NCBI RefSeq assembly: GCF_006345805.1
Contig: NC_043002.1
Location: 71,486,001-71,550,000, forward strand
Source of the DNA: Octopus sinensis
Taxonomy: Eukaryota
Direction: 5' to 3'
DNA: 64,000 bases
The translations under genes and the position numbers were made by a program. Under the pieces are notes generated by a model, which was not told the DNA's origin, ran no database searches, and was given only the letters and a program-made list of their open reading frames with translations. Shown one piece after another: positions 25,505-39,399 of the stretch (the first letter of the stretch is position 1; each line of letters begins with the position of its first letter).

Positions 25505-26065
25505 TTGGGTTGTCCGGAATGTTCGTGCCGATTTATTGTAGCTTACGTTTCGACTTATTTTAGAATATGGTTGAGTGCATAAAATAGGATTTGACTACAC
25601 ATCAATTTAGGACAAAGTGTAAGCTCTCATTTCGTGGAAGAAAGTTTATATTCTTATAACCTGTGTTAATTCTGTAATCCTCTTAAAATGGAAGATAAGA
25701 AAGTTCATTTTCGGCACTTGATGCTTTGGGAACCAGACAAAAATTACTGCAGCTCAGCTGGGATGTGTTACCCCACCCTCCATATTCACCAGATATTGCA
25801 CCTTAGGATTTCCACGTATTCAAATCTCTGCAAAATAGTCTTAATGGTAAAATTTTCAATTGCTTAGATGACGTAAAAAAGATACCTTGATGAATTCTTT
25901 GCCATGAAACCACCTCAATTCTGAAAAGAGGGTATTGCCAAGTTAAAGAAAAGATGGAGACGCATTCTGCAATAAAATGGTTCATATTTGGTTGATTAAA
26001 AATGTAATGGCATATATTTATTGACCCTTTTCTTTCCTATAAAAATCGGCACGGACTTTCCGCAC
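25505..26065 (+). mobile_element. mariner transposon, internally deleted derivative
   Basis: Left TIR TA|TTGGGTTGTCCGGAATGTTCGTGCCGATTT and partial right TIR AAATCGGCACGGACTTTCCG. N-terminus MEDKKVHFRHLMLWE (ATG at 25688) is fused to TRQKLLQLSWDVLPHPPYSPDIAP*DFHVF (mariner YSPDLAP motif). Confidence 0.92.
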
Positions 26066-26134
26066 CATAAAACAGGCGCATGCACACACGCACACACACA
26101 CACACACTCACTCACTCACACACACACACACTCA

Positions 26135-26165
<31 letters not shown>

Positions 26166-26289
26166 CACACACACACATACACGCACGCACTCGCACACAC
26201 TCACACACACACGTGTGTATGTAATGTATATTCGCTATGAAGTGTATTTTAGGCCAGAAGCAGTGAGGCAGTTGTTTCATAAAATGCCT

Positions 26290-26520
26290 GTAAGATCAGA
26301 GCTGGAGAAACCTCCCAGCCCTTTGTTATTTCTCAGGATCAGCCAATGTCATGATATTCGCTATCTTTCTTACTATGCATCCATTTATGTTTCTCAATCG
26401 TCCATTTGTGGCTTTCTCATATCTCTTTTACCGGATATTTGTCCATGCATAACCATATTCTCAGGGAGGAATGTGTTGCCATGTCATGTTGCATAATCAT
26501 ACTACTTCGTATTCTACCTT
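26290..26520 (-). mobile_element. Possible RTE LINE 3' relic
   Basis: ENMVMHGQISGKRDMRKP resembles the RTE C-terminal GKxxGKRxRGRP motif. Very decayed. Confidence 0.35.
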
Positions 26521-27249
26521 TTAACAGCCTCGTGTTTCCCCTGATTCTCAGCAATTTATTTGTTAACTTTCTCGTTTATTCGATGCTTGATATGGGGATT
26601 ACAAAGAAACATTCTATAAGATTCATTTCAAAAGTGTTAATATTTTTTCCCACAAAAAGCAAACCTTTCACATTTTCACACAACCTTGACGTTTACAAAT
26701 GAAACCCTGGTGTTTTTCTATTCTTTAATTTTGTGTAAGCCATAGCACTATATGGCGCACGCGCTAAAACATCTTCCTTTAAAGTTAATAACGTTATTGT
26801 ACACGAGACACATGAGTTACAAGTATTTTTCTGTTGCAGGCTACAAATCAGTTCAACAATGTTTCGACCATTTTAGAAACTAATCATTGTTGCACTTAGA
26901 TCATTGTTATTATTGGCGTCAATCGAGCGAGTAAAACATATCAAAAACCCATCTTGCTTAGTTGGCTAATGAAACTCTTTATACGGTTGTTTTCGCTCTC
27001 TTTGTTGTTTCCTTTCTCTGACAGAACTGTAATAGTTAGTTCTGTCCATTTACTAGGCCATTCTCCACTATGTGAATCACTAATACAAAGTTTATAAAGA
27101 ATCTCGGTGTGATATTCACTTCATGCATAAATTTTATTTGTTCCAGTTGATTTAATTGTTAGTTTCAAATAGCTTGCATAGCTTCTGTAGTGTTCTCTTG
27201 CTATTGTATAACAAACAGATTTCTTTTCGTGTTTTAACATTACTTTCTA

Positions 27250-27990
27250 CTCTGCTTTTGTTACTGTAACGTTTTTCTCAACCATTCTATCTCCGCCTAT
27301 CAATTTATTTATTTGCATTGGTTAGAAGGCTGCCATATCACTTCCAAAACTCTGATATTTGGTTAACCACTTCTGGTGAGATATTTTGGAGTTGAGGAAG
27401 AAAATACCAATCCAGAGCGGATCAGGAAAATTGTCGAACAAAATGTTTTGCCATATCTGTTCTTGATCTTTACCTTCTCAGTTCAACTAACATCATAACT
27501 TATTTGGATGGTTGACTTAACCTATCGCCCATTTTAACACCACCACCTGGTAACTTGAGACCCCTTAGCGAAGCACAATTAGTTGCAAGCATTCGGACCA
27601 GGCCTTCGGTGTGAAGATAACTTCTTCCATTCCTCCCTCCTTCTCTCCAGTATCTGAAGATCTGTGAAGTCTCACGCTGAAGGCCTCCCTCCCTAATTAT
27701 AGAAAAGGGGAACAAATTACATGATTTTCTTAATTTCGCTTTGGCAACATTGTACGTATTTAGAGTTTATGTTGATTCAAGTATTTTTTGCAGTCTTAAT
27801 ATCTTTTGTTACTTTCCATTGATTCATTTGTATTCTAATTGCAGTGTTTCATTTTCATAACGTTCTTTTCTTTCATGACTATTGACTAAAATAGTTTAAT
27901 GCAAGGATTTTTAACTTCCTTTATTTTACCAACAATTGTGTGAGCACTTATTAGTTTTTCAGAGCGTCTTATTAATTCTTGATGTTTCAT
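27250..27990 (-). mobile_element. Possible L1/Tx1-like ORF2 linker relic
   Basis: Stop-riddled frame RLQKILES...YNVAKAKLRK...IFRYWREGG and FLPQLQNISPEVVNQI weakly resembles the region between L1 endonuclease and RT. Confidence 0.22.
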
Positions 27991-28459
27991 CTAATAATTA
28001 CAGAGTTCAGTTGGTCTCCTCCTATCAGCCATTTAAATCCAGCTGTTAAATTAATCACGTTCATTATCTTAATCATGTATTTTCGTTCTTCTTCATTTAC
28101 GCGGACTTAATTTTTATTGTCATTATTAAAATTACGTGTACTGGAACACATCCAGCTTAAGGCCCATTATACTCAATTGATATATTTTGAGGATTAAAGT
28201 AAAATTTTTTAAATTGATGTTGCTATTATAAATTGCCCCCGGGTGAATTTTATAGCATTCTATTTGATGTATTGCAGTTTCTATAATTAGTTCGCGTGAT
28301 TTAACAGCTTCTATAGTCCTTTGTTATTGTATAGTTCAAAAATATAGGTAGAACCAGATCTTTCCTAAATGTGTAAAGCATCGAATCCATGTTTGCATTC
28401 CCAAATTTGTAATATTATGAAAGATATAGGGAATAGCATGGGTGAAGGATGGCTGACGG

Positions 28460-28704
28460 ATGCAGAAAGATGAAGATGCCTGCTGTGCAATCATGTGGGC
28501 CCGGGTTCGGTCACACGGAGCGGCAACATCTTTGCTAAGTTTCGTCAACTGTATCCCCAAGACAATGGATGTCTCGTGAGTGAATATGGTAGAAGAAAAC
28601 TGTGTCGAAGCCCGTCCATGTATGTATGATATGTATATATGTATAGATGGATGGATGGACGGACGGACAGAAAGACAAACGGACAGAGAGCCAGCCAGCC
28701 AGCC

Positions 28705-28739
<35 letters not shown>

Positions 28740-28742
28740 TGG

Positions 28743-28774
<32 letters not shown>

Positions 28775-29037
28775 ATAGATATATAGATAGATAGATAATA
28801 AGATAGACAGTCAGATAGACGTGTATTTGTCTCAATGTTTGCCATTGTCTCCCGCACTGCTTGGCAACCGGTATTCGTTTGTTTATGCTCCCTAATGTAG
28901 CGGTTCGGAAAACGAGACTGATACTAGCCTTTAAAAATAAGTATTAGTGTCGGATTGATTAGTTCGACCGAACCGTTCAAGGCGATATCCCAGTATGGCT
29001 GGAGTCCAAAGACTGAAACAAGTACAAGATAAAAGAT
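28460..29037 (+). mobile_element. SINE family A, old copy with expanded (GACA)/(GATA) internal tract
   Basis: Degenerate head, then GTGAGTGAATATGGTAGAAGAAAACTG...GAAGCCCGTC, the microsatellite, and the tail GACTGAAACAAGTACAAGATAAAAG. Confidence 0.7.
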
Positions 29038-30365
29038 GTATCTCTTGAGTTGATTGCCAACTGTTTTTAATTAGTCCTACTAAAATTCCTCGATGTCTTT
29101 ATTTTATTGTTAGTCGAAGCATGCGTTTGTAACATTAAACAGTTGTGTTGCTAACTTTCATATTCTGCTGGAAATCAAGGCACACTACATTACTGACACT
29201 AATGAGTTCTTGTGCAATGGAGCCTCGGCTTTTGCTGTGTTTGCTTTACTCCCTACTTAACTAGTCATTTTCGCCTTTGCATAGATTTTAATTTGTAAAT
29301 ACCCAAGCTCTCCAAATATCCTTATCACTAAGAAAATTTAGACTGATAAAGCTTTGATCAATGACATCCCGGCCAAGAGATAGAAACGGTAAATTTACCA
29401 ATACCAAGAGAATTAGAAGCTTAAGTAATTTTTTTAAACAATATATTACCAGTAAATTGAAACATTATAGAATATAAATCATTGGGAATTAGCTACGTAG
29501 GTTGCAGGTCTCAACAATATCAATTGCAAAGAATTGTCTATTGGTTACCTGTTTCTATTGTTTATCAGGTTAATTCAAGTCCTCGAACATTGTTTAACAT
29601 GGATGGAGGCAGCATTGAAAATTTGATACATTATTTTCGCCACTTACCAGCATTTCTGAGTATCGCTTCCTTTGATATGTCTTTTCCACGTAATTTAATA
29701 ACGTGTAGTAAAATACTAGTAAAAATATCGATACTTTGAAGGCTGACAACATAACACCAATTTTGAAATTGTACAGTGTAAATTTGTTATCTTTGTTTAC
29801 ACCAAAATTAATCATTTGCAAAGATTAGTATACATCTTAAAGTGAAACCTGCCAATTTAAAATTGTTTTCGAGATTTCCTTTCGGTGAGAAAAATTGAAT
29901 TGAAGATAATAGTGTATATGTTATTTTATTTTGTTATTTTTGCATAATGAACGAAGTAGAAAATCAGACGAGAATATAAGCTGATTTATATTTCTTCATT
30001 ATGGTTTTGAGATCAAACCCCGCTTTAGGAGTAAAATTAATCTTCTACTCATACAGTTTCGTATGTACCATACAACACTGGGGATATATGCAGAGTAGGA
30101 AGCCATATATTTTTTGCTTGTTGTGGTCAGATTTTCGTACCAAAAAAGTGCTGGTCAACTACCAAATTTAGTTATTCTTCCATTTAGTTATTCTTACCGT
30201 ATGCCAAGGACCGCTTCTTTCATTATGTCGTTTCTTCCAAAACAATGTGGTGTGAATTGAAGAACTGGGTCTGTTATTCCTGGCAAGCCGAGTCACCTCG
30301 TAAACGAATACAGTTAGGGAATTTTCGAATAACAACGCCACATTCTATGACAATATAGTACATTA

Positions 30366-30414
<49 letters not shown>

Positions 30415-30419
30415 TCACA

Positions 30420-30470
<51 letters not shown>

Positions 30471-30471
<1 letters not shown>

Positions 30472-30723
30472 CTCTTTTACTTGTTTCAGCCGTTTGACTA
30501 TGGCCATGCTGGAGTACCCCCTTTAGTCGAACAAATCGACCCCAGGACTTATACTCTGTAAGCCTAGTACTTATCGTGTCGGACACTTTTGCTGAACTGC
30601 TATGTTACAGGGAGGTAAACATGCAACATCGGTTGTCAAGCTACGGTGGAGGGACAAACACAGACACACAACCATATACACACACACATACACACATACG
30701 CACACACACACACACACACACAC

Positions 30724-30765
<42 letters not shown>

Positions 30766-30932
30766 ATACAACGGGCCGCTTTCAGTTTCTGTCTACCAAA
30801 TCTACTCACAATGCTTTGGTAGGCCCGAGGTAATTGTAGAGGACACTTACCTAAAGTGCCACGAAGTGGGACTGAACCCGTAACCATATGGTTGGGAAGC
30901 AAACTTCTTACCACACGGCTATACCTACGCCT
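30471..30932 (-). mobile_element. SINE family A, full length
   Basis: Complete reverse-complement alignment to family A. Confidence 0.9.
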
Positions 30933-32176
30933 ATAAGCATATATTTTATAATGCTTGCTATCTTCTCTAATTTTGCATACCAATAACGTCTTTCCTGACA
31001 ATTAACATAGCCCATAGTCAACAAATTGCTGTAAATCCGCTTTTGCCTAGTGTGTCGGTTTAGTTGGTCGTTTCAATGTCGAATCTCAGACCTCATAAAA
31101 TATGACAGTAAAACGTCTATATATTTCTGCCAATCGTGGAAACATTAAATGTAATAACACTGTACAACAATGATTTTGACACAGAGAAGAGAACGTCATT
31201 GTCTGGAACAGTTTTTACCATAGATAACGATAATATAATTAAAGAGTTAACCTGTAAGACTAGCTTGTGATATTGTATCTGCGACTGCTTATACAATATG
31301 GACAATGTTTTAAGGTTGCAGGATGCAATACAAGTGAAGATTGCCTGCTATTTCTAATAGTTTGAGTGACTAACTTCAGTTGGTTTATTCTTCAATTGGT
31401 TTGTTCATTGCACAGGGAGTAGCTGGAATTAAGAGGATTAGACTTTGCTCTGAGAAACATTTTACTCTTCGAATATCGAAGAGTTGTTTAATTAATTCAA
31501 TACCTGTTTTGTCTTAAATGTAATATGTTGCTGTTACTGCACTTACTGTTGCTGAATGAGCAGATCTCTGATCATAGTAAATTTATACCTTCTCCATCTC
31601 ATTCTACATTAACTTTTCCTCATCATAATCTATTACATTTTTCAAAAGTCTGCATCCACACCATTTTAGAGAGTATGTATTTAAAGCGAGTTCTTCCTTT
31701 TTTCAACTTGGCTTATAGAAGCTATTTCTAGAAGATCAGGCGGCAGTAAACAGGCTCCCTTCTGGGCTTGTTGTTCTCTATAAAATGTTCACTGATTTGA
31801 AATACACATTTTTCTTTTCTTTACAGTTTATAAGTTTTGCTTTTCATTCTCATAAGGAACTGATATAACCACCATAGATCGTAACTATTCTTCTCGTAAG
31901 TAGTGTTTTGACAATTTAAATAAATGCTTTGGTTATGAATGTTCTACTTTGCTTTTCTTTTCGTTATTCATTCTTTCTTTCATATATCTTCTACGCAAAC
32001 TAGGAGTATTGTGAAAGTTCTGTACATAATTCCTATAATTTGGAACTTATATGTATATCGGATTGTGGTAACTACATGTGTCTTTGTTGTAGCTGAAGGT
32101 TTTTCAAAGGTGCTTTCAGTAATGGAGGCTGAGAATATAGTAGCTTTTACAATACAGTTTGGTGTTATAAATTACA

Positions 32177-32177
<1 letters not shown>

Positions 32178-32217
<40 letters not shown>

Positions 32218-32281
32218 ACATGAATTAGAGATAAAACCACTATTACGCAATTCAACTTTAGTTTGCAGCCATACTCCCTAA

Positions 32282-32361
<80 letters not shown>

Positions 32362-32370
32362 TATTATTAT

Positions 32371-32410
<40 letters not shown>
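32178..32410. repeat. (TA)n and (TTA)n microsatellites
   Basis: Directly visible. Confidence 0.95.
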
Positions 32411-32414
<4 letters not shown>

Positions 32415-33130
32415 GTATTTGGTGAATGGTGAGAGGGTGTGATTGCTATATAATCTATTTCTAAGACAGTAGATGTATATGTACTGTAAAGGAGACATAT
32501 CGTGTAGGGTTATATTTAAAAACGGGTGAGAGAAATCATCACTACAGCTCACAAATCGAGGTTTTCCATGTGCTTCTTGTTTTATAGCTACTTACTATGT
32601 GCCAAGCAAACTGGAATCTATACTACGGCAACTATCAATTTCTGTGTGAGCTGGCAAAATGCTTCGGAGTATTTGCTCCAACTTTTTACCTTCCGAGTTT
32701 AAATACTGTTGAGGGTTAGTGTTGGTTTTCATTTTGCCGAGGAAAATGAACAGAGTACCAATCAAGTACTGGAGTGAATGATATCGATTAACCCTCTGCC
32801 TTCATAATTACTAACCTTGTGCCTTAAGCAGAAATCATTCAACGAAAAATGGGGAGGATATTTTCATTAGTCCATTGTATGTAGGGTAGCACGCGTAGCG
32901 GTTTCTTCGTTGTTGAAAGCGTTGTTCATGACTTTTTTTTTGTTTGTTTGTTTAGTGTAATGACTGAACGTAGAAGTGTGAATCAAAATTGCTAACTGAA
33001 AATTAAAAAAAAGCAGACGTGCAGAAGTGGTCGAGAGAGCTACACATGCAAACACGGAATCAGTTAGATGAAAGACATGCAAGAGATATTCGCATTATGT
33101 CAAATTAATAATGACATTGGCAATATGAAA

Positions 33131-33560
33131 GGAGGTGAGCTGGCAGAAACGTTAGCACGCTGGGAGAAATGGGTAGCGGTATTCCGTCAGCCGTTACGTT
33201 CTGAGTTCAAATTCCGCCGAGGTCGACTTTGCCTTTCATCCTTTCGGAGTCGATAAATTAAGTACCAGTTACGCACTGGGGTGATGTAATAGACTAAATC
33301 CCTTTATCCTTCCTTGTTTGTCCCCTCTATGTTTAGCCCCTTGTGGGCAATAACGAAATAAGAAACGTTAGCACGCCGGGCAAAATGCTTAGCGGCATTT
33401 CGTCCGTCTTTACGTTCTGAGTTCAAATTCCGCCGAAGTCGACATGGCTTTTCATCCTTTAGGGGTCGATAAATTAAGTACCAGCTGCGTACTGGGGACG
33501 TGCTAATCGACTGGTCCCGTCCCCCAAAATTTCGAGTATTGTGCCTAGAGTAGAAAAGAA
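33131..33560 (+). mobile_element. SINE family B dimer (monomer + headless monomer with a different tail)
   Basis: The first unit ends GGGCAATAACGAAATAAG and is fused to AAACGTTAGCACGCCGGG. The second unit ends CCCCCAAAATTTCGAGTATTGTGCCTAGAGTAGAAAAG. Confidence 0.88.
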
Positions 33561-34914
33561 TATGTAACAAGAAATTCACTGGATACACATACAAAGATGC
33601 ATAACAATATCAATTATTTCGATTATATTTGGATATGATACTTCGTCGAACAAGTAAATTGAAATATTAGTCATTTATGCCGAGAAAGATTTCCTGTTGT
33701 CTTTATTTGTTTCTGGGTTTCGCTGAAATTTGCACTTCAATGTAGTTCAATATATGTAACGTTATTAGGGACTTAGTACACATTTCCTCTACATCTCCAT
33801 TTATAAGTTTGTCGTTTATTTTCGTACGCTCTATAAATTTTGCATTCATGGGATTTTCAAGATAATTCAATGCCCCCCTCCACATGCACACAGATGCAAC
33901 ATATATTCATGTGTGTGTACGAAGGCGTGTATGTTAGTATGTGAGTGTGTGCATGAATGTACGTATTTATGTATGTACGCACGTATATACGTATGTATGT
34001 ATGCATGGCATGTATGTGTGTCTGTATGCACTTTAGTTATTAGATATTTTCCTATACGGAAAGAGCTGGTTTCTAACAAAGATGCAAAGCTCTATCTTTG
34101 GAATGAAGATAACAAAGACTATCTCACATCACGAAATTGAGTAAAGTCTTGCATGTATTTTGCATGTATTTTTTATTCTTCTTTTTTGAGATCTTATTAG
34201 TAGTATGTGAGTTAGCAGGTCGATATTTTTTTCTGAAAACCCTAGCTTGCCCAGATTGCCACTTTGGCATTTACTGTTAAATAATAAAAGCAAGTGCACC
34301 AATTGTTATTGCTATAAATGTAAGTAAGCATGGATGTATGAATGTATTGTAACATACAATTGTAAAGGGTTAAAGTCAATGTTAAATTTAGTCAATTCAA
34401 TTATAGATATATTTATAATGTTGGAGAAATTGCAAGTATAATAAATATCTCTATAATTGAATTACACTTTACTGATTTTACATTGGAGTTACGTAGCCTA
34501 GTGGTTAACGCGTTTGGTTTATGAACCTAATTTTTCATTTATTTATGCGCCCTTTTCAAGCCTAGTCAGGCTCATGGGCCGGGTTTCCCGGGTTCTATGG
34601 CGCATATGTTCCCCCCAGCTGGACGGGAGGGATCCTGAGTAAACCCCATTTGCACAAGTAAAATCAGCTGTAATGAACAATAGCAGAATTCTGGGGCCGC
34701 CATCTCTTTTCGTCACTCCAGTTATCCCATCTTGGACACTTTCAATTAAACAAAAATATCATTAGTGCCTCAGTCTGTGTTTACATCTAACCGAGGCTAC
34801 ACAGGCATTTGAAATAATTAGAGAAAGTTAGGTACATATTACGACGCCGTATTTGCTCCCGAGATACAACTGGTTGTGCTTGTCGCTTACTTGACGTATG
34901 CATTCTTCAGTAGT

Positions 34915-35181
34915 CTTTACTTTTTTACTTGTTTCAGTCATTTGACTGCGGCCATGCTGGAACACCGCCTGTAGTCGAGCAAATCGACCCCAGGACCTAT
35001 TCTTTGTAAGCCTAATACTTATTCTATCGATCTCTTTTGCCGAACCGCTAAGTAACGGGGTCGTAAACACACCAGCATCGGTTGTCAAGTGATTTTGGGG
35101 GACAAACAGACACACTCAAACACACACACACACAAACACACACATACACACACACACACACAACACACACACACTCTCACA

Positions 35182-35264
<83 letters not shown>

Positions 35265-35438
35265 TTATATATATACGACGGGTTTCTTTCAGCTTCCGTC
35301 TACCAAATCCGCTCACAAGGCTTTGGTCGGCCCGAGGCTATAGTAGAAGACACTTGCCCAAGGTGCCACGCAGTGGGACTGAACCCAGAACCCTGTGGTT
35401 CATAAGCAAGCTACTTACCACACAGCCACTCCTACGCC
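34915..35438 (-). mobile_element. SINE family A, full length, long (CA)n internal tract
   Basis: Complete alignment to family A. Confidence 0.9.
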
Positions 35439-35627
35439 TACGCCATTGCAAATATTCCTTCGTAAACTTGTATTCGAAAGAGAAATGAATTATAAACACA
35501 AAATTTTACATAACACTGTGATTCTTGAAAACACTTGGCACAATTTGTAATTGGTAAGATATGTTGATATTGGGGTTTAATCCCCATGTCAGCAGTAAAA
35601 ACATCAGCATTCATTGAGAAAATATAT

Positions 35628-35871
35628 CTATTTCTTTACTACTCACAAGGGGCTATACACAGGGAAGACAAACAAGGACAGACTAACGGATTAAGTCGAT
35701 TATATCGACACCAGTGCGTAACTGCTACTTATTTAATCGACCCCAAAAGGATGAAAGGCAAAGTCGACCTCGGCGGAATTTGAACTCAGGACGTACCGGC
35801 AGACGAAATACCGCTGGGCGCTTCGCTTGGCGTTTCACTTGGCGTGCTAACGTTTCTGCCAGCTCGACGCC
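35628..35871 (-). mobile_element. SINE family B monomer
   Basis: Reverse-complement match, with an internal 12-bp duplication near 35820-35845. Confidence 0.88.
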
Positions 35872-36515
35872 TTTCGTTGAGAAAACATATCACCAGCTTT
35901 AATCTACTCACGCATATTACATGCGTTACTGAATTAATCGTTGAGTCGATTGTTTTTAACGTTACCATGTAGAGTAGATTAACGTGATATGTCCAGCGAG
36001 CTGAACCGTTGCATGGAATCGTTTCACACCGAAATTGTTAAATGACATGTTCTTTGCATGTTTTATTGCCGTAATGTTTTCTCTTTATATCATCTGTTGG
36101 TCAGCTTTTGTAAAGAATCGTAGTTCTGTGTTATAAATGCAGTGAGCAGGTGTAGGCACAATTAATGTTTATATGGAACAAAGGATGTTTTTATTGCTAG
36201 CAGCTTTTACTAAATGTGTTTCTGTAATTTATTTCAACATGTAGTGAACGTGTTTTCTCGACTAGATAACTGTGTTAGCCCAAACACATTCAAAGCCAGA
36301 TTCTTTATAAAGAGGAAATTACGTGTTCATTTAGGAAGATAAATGAAATCGCCTAGTGCTGCATTTATTTCGTCTTCTCCAAACCCAAACCCTACTTATG
36401 GAGGAAGAGGATACCTTCATTTACAGAAATATTTAATGGTATGTTTCACGGTATACAATTAAGTATTTCTCAATGATTGTTTTACTTTTCTCTATAACTG
36501 TTTAGTTGAATGTGT

Positions 36516-36830
36516 GAAGGTGCATATCCCAGTAGTTAGAGTGTCGGGCTCAAGATTATGAGATTCTGAGTTCGATTTCCCGGACCAGGCTGTTGTGTTC
36601 TTGAGCAAGACATTTATTTCACGTTGCTCCAGTTCACTCATCGTCACTGGTGCCAAGCTGGATTGGCCTTTGCCTTTGGCTTGGATAACATCAGTGGTGT
36701 GGAAGAAGGGAGGATGGTATGCATGTACGACTGTGGTTTTTCATAAATAATTTAGCCTGCACTTGTGTCAAGGAGGGGGACTTTCTTGGTGTAGTCCCAT
36801 AGTCATTCATGTCTGAAGGGGGCCCTTATT
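36516..36830 (+). mobile_element. SINE family C variant
   Basis: tRNA-like head with GAGTTCGATTTCCCGG, then CORE-like GTGTTCTTGAGCAAGACATTTATTTCACGTTGCTCCAGT shared with the 38017 and 53390 copies. The tail is different. Confidence 0.65.
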
Positions 36831-37058
36831 CTTTACCCTCAGTTGAATGTAGCTAACTGCATCAGTATATTTACAGGCGCAGTCATGTCTGCGTGGTTAC
36901 GAATCTCGCATTTCAATGACGTGGTTTCATATGCAGTTCCGCTGAATCTCAGCAAATATCGCACCTTGAGTACGTGTCTTCTATATAGACCCGAACCGAT
37001 CAATACCTAGTGAGTGAATATGTTAGACGTAAGTTATGCGGAAGACCGTCCTATGAAT

Positions 37059-37113
<55 letters not shown>

Positions 37114-37121
37114 ACACACAC

Positions 37122-37174
<53 letters not shown>

Positions 37175-37220
37175 ATATAAATGGTAAGACAACAAAAGAT
37201 TATTCCGAAGGCCAGATAAC

Positions 37221-37304
<84 letters not shown>

Positions 37305-37419
37305 GTCAAAGTCACCTGACAGTAAATCAACACGATTTAATTCCGAGATTTATTTATGTGTAACAACTAAATGAATGTAATAAAAGCATCTAAATATGAA
37401 CCATCATGAAAATTGTTCA

Positions 37420-37800
37420 AACTGAGGTCCTTCTTGAGCGTTTCCACATTTACAGATTGCAGATCCTTGACAGGGTGTTATACAGTTAGGGTCCCCTGAA
37501 AACCAATCTTTTGCAATAATGGGTCCTTATCTGAGATGAAAAAGACAGTATCTTTGGTAGGATACAGTGCCATCCACCTCTGTAGTTGGTATGGGTTTTA
37601 ATTGAAACCTCGAGAGATAGATCTTCCAGGATCTTCCATATGCATATCACTGCATAGCTTTCTCTCTTTTCCTCCATGAAGTAGAACTTCAGTTCTTCTA
37701 GCCTGTCCCAGCAGCTCATCTGTTTCACCATATTAGGAAGCAGTAGTTCAGACGACAGGAGACAAATGTCTTCCATGGGAGTAGCAACGTATCCTAATTT
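37420..37800 (-). mobile_element. CR1/L2-group LINE, C-terminal fragment
   Basis: MSCWDRLEELKFYFMEEKRESYAVICIWKILEDL...LVFRGP*LYNTL matches the CR1-type YxERLxxLxLYSLERRRERxxIIxxWKI and GPxLFNxLP motifs. Confidence 0.7.
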
Positions 37801-38016
37801 CTGGTTATGAATGATCTAAGGATCCATCCAGCTACTCATAGGCACCGTGTTGACATCCTGGCATTATACACATGGAATGCGGCATCACTACTCATGTAGA
37901 TATATTTAAACTTTTTATAAATTTATTAAAATGTCATCCAGGTTTCAAAGATTTTTTCTCTTTTTCAATGGTAATTTAAAAGATAAAATGTTAAAAGAAC
38001 GTCAGAGCACAGAAGT

Positions 38017-38240
38017 GGAGGCGCGTGGCTTAGTAGTTAGGGTGTTGAACTCGTGATTGTAATGTTGTGGTTTCGATTCCTGGACCGGGCGATGCGTTGT
38101 GTTCTTGAGCAAAACATTTCATTTCAAGTTTCTCCAGTCCATTCATCTGGCAAAAATGAGTAATCCTGCAACGGGCCGGCATGCCGTCAGGTGGAGAATT
38201 TCTACGCCACTGAAACTGGGAAACCGGCGCTTATGGCTCA
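38017..38240 (+). mobile_element. tRNA-derived SINE, family C
   Basis: GGAGGCGCGTGGCTTAGTAGTTAGGGTG (A box)...GGTTTCGATTCCTGG (B box), CORE-like TTCTTGAGCAAAACATTTC, and tail GGGAAACCGGCGCTTATG. Confidence 0.85.
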
Positions 38241-38249
38241 AGAAGGAAC

Positions 38250-38800
38250 ATTTTGTTTTAGAGCAGAGAAAACTCTATAGCAAACAGATGTTCATCGAAA
38301 TTCATGCTGACGACACCATTCTGAATTCGATAAAACAAATTAAGGAACTCTGAGGAGAGATATAAGTACGCAAATATGAGAGCAATATTCAATATAAGGT
38401 TGAATTCACTATAAGGTGGCCTTATGATTATAGAAGATAATCTTAGGCAAAAGTAATTTGCGAGCAACAAACAGAGATCCAACCTTGTTAACAGAAGACA
38501 CGTCAGATGTCATGAGAAATATTTGACATCGCTTGAAGTAATCAAAGGCCAGAGACGTTTCAATAATGATGTTGATATTAAAATGTGGAAATAATCACTG
38601 CAAACTAAAAGTGACAATACTGAAGGAAGAAAAAATTGTTGTTTACCATTGTTTTTGTGTTTTTTTCATCGTTGATATCATATAACTGATATACTGAATT
38701 CGCTAATGAGGTGTCTTCAGGAATTTCATGAAGTGACAAATAAGAATATAATGGAACATTTCCATTGACAACAATTATAATATTTTAAAACTTATGTATT
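38250..38800 (+). mobile_element. Possible RTE reverse-transcriptase relic
   Basis: IEIHADDTILNS (YADD-like) and a downstream MRCLQEFHEVTNKNIM resembling MxCLRxxxxxxVTNEEV. Many stops. Confidence 0.3.
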
Positions 38801-39321
38801 ATAAAATGAACACAAGTAATATGCCTTGAAGACTTTTAAAGCCATGGAAAATCTTAACACAAACTCATGAGGATAAGCAAATATACAGGGTTTCTATGAC
38901 AACTAGAGGATTATCAATAATCCTCTAATATATACTAAATCGCTGAGCAGAACCTTTGTAAGGATTCTCAAGATGTTCTCTCACTAAATGAACTGACAGC
39001 ATCAGTGCAAACTATTGTTTAACTATGCTATACATTCCGTCTTAATGCTAAGTAAATAATAATATTTAACATCTATTTCAATGTTAAGAAATCTTTGAAA
39101 ACATTTTGTTTGTTCTGTTTTGTTTACGGTGCACTTCTGTGTAACATTTACAGTCAGTAAGAAAGAAAGAACCTTATATGTGAGACTAATTTCATGACTT
39201 TTCAACACTGAGATCTGTTAAATCTCCTTGTTTCACAGTTTCTCAAGTCATCTCTTTGTGTGTTTCTATGTACATGTATATACTTACAAATATACATACA
39301 TACATATGTATTAACTTTATA

Positions 39322-39396
<75 letters not shown>

Positions 39397-39399
39397 TAT

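Noticed and set aside
29594-29821. Minus-strand GGTAAGT donor after ...RYSEML
   Set aside because: No convincing acceptor and no homology. Isolated donor-like hexamers are expected by chance.
38017-38090. tRNA-like sequences at SINE heads (also 3677, 5144, 53500-53579)
   Set aside because: They have A/B boxes but no complete cloverleaf and continue into SINE bodies, so they are not tRNA genes.
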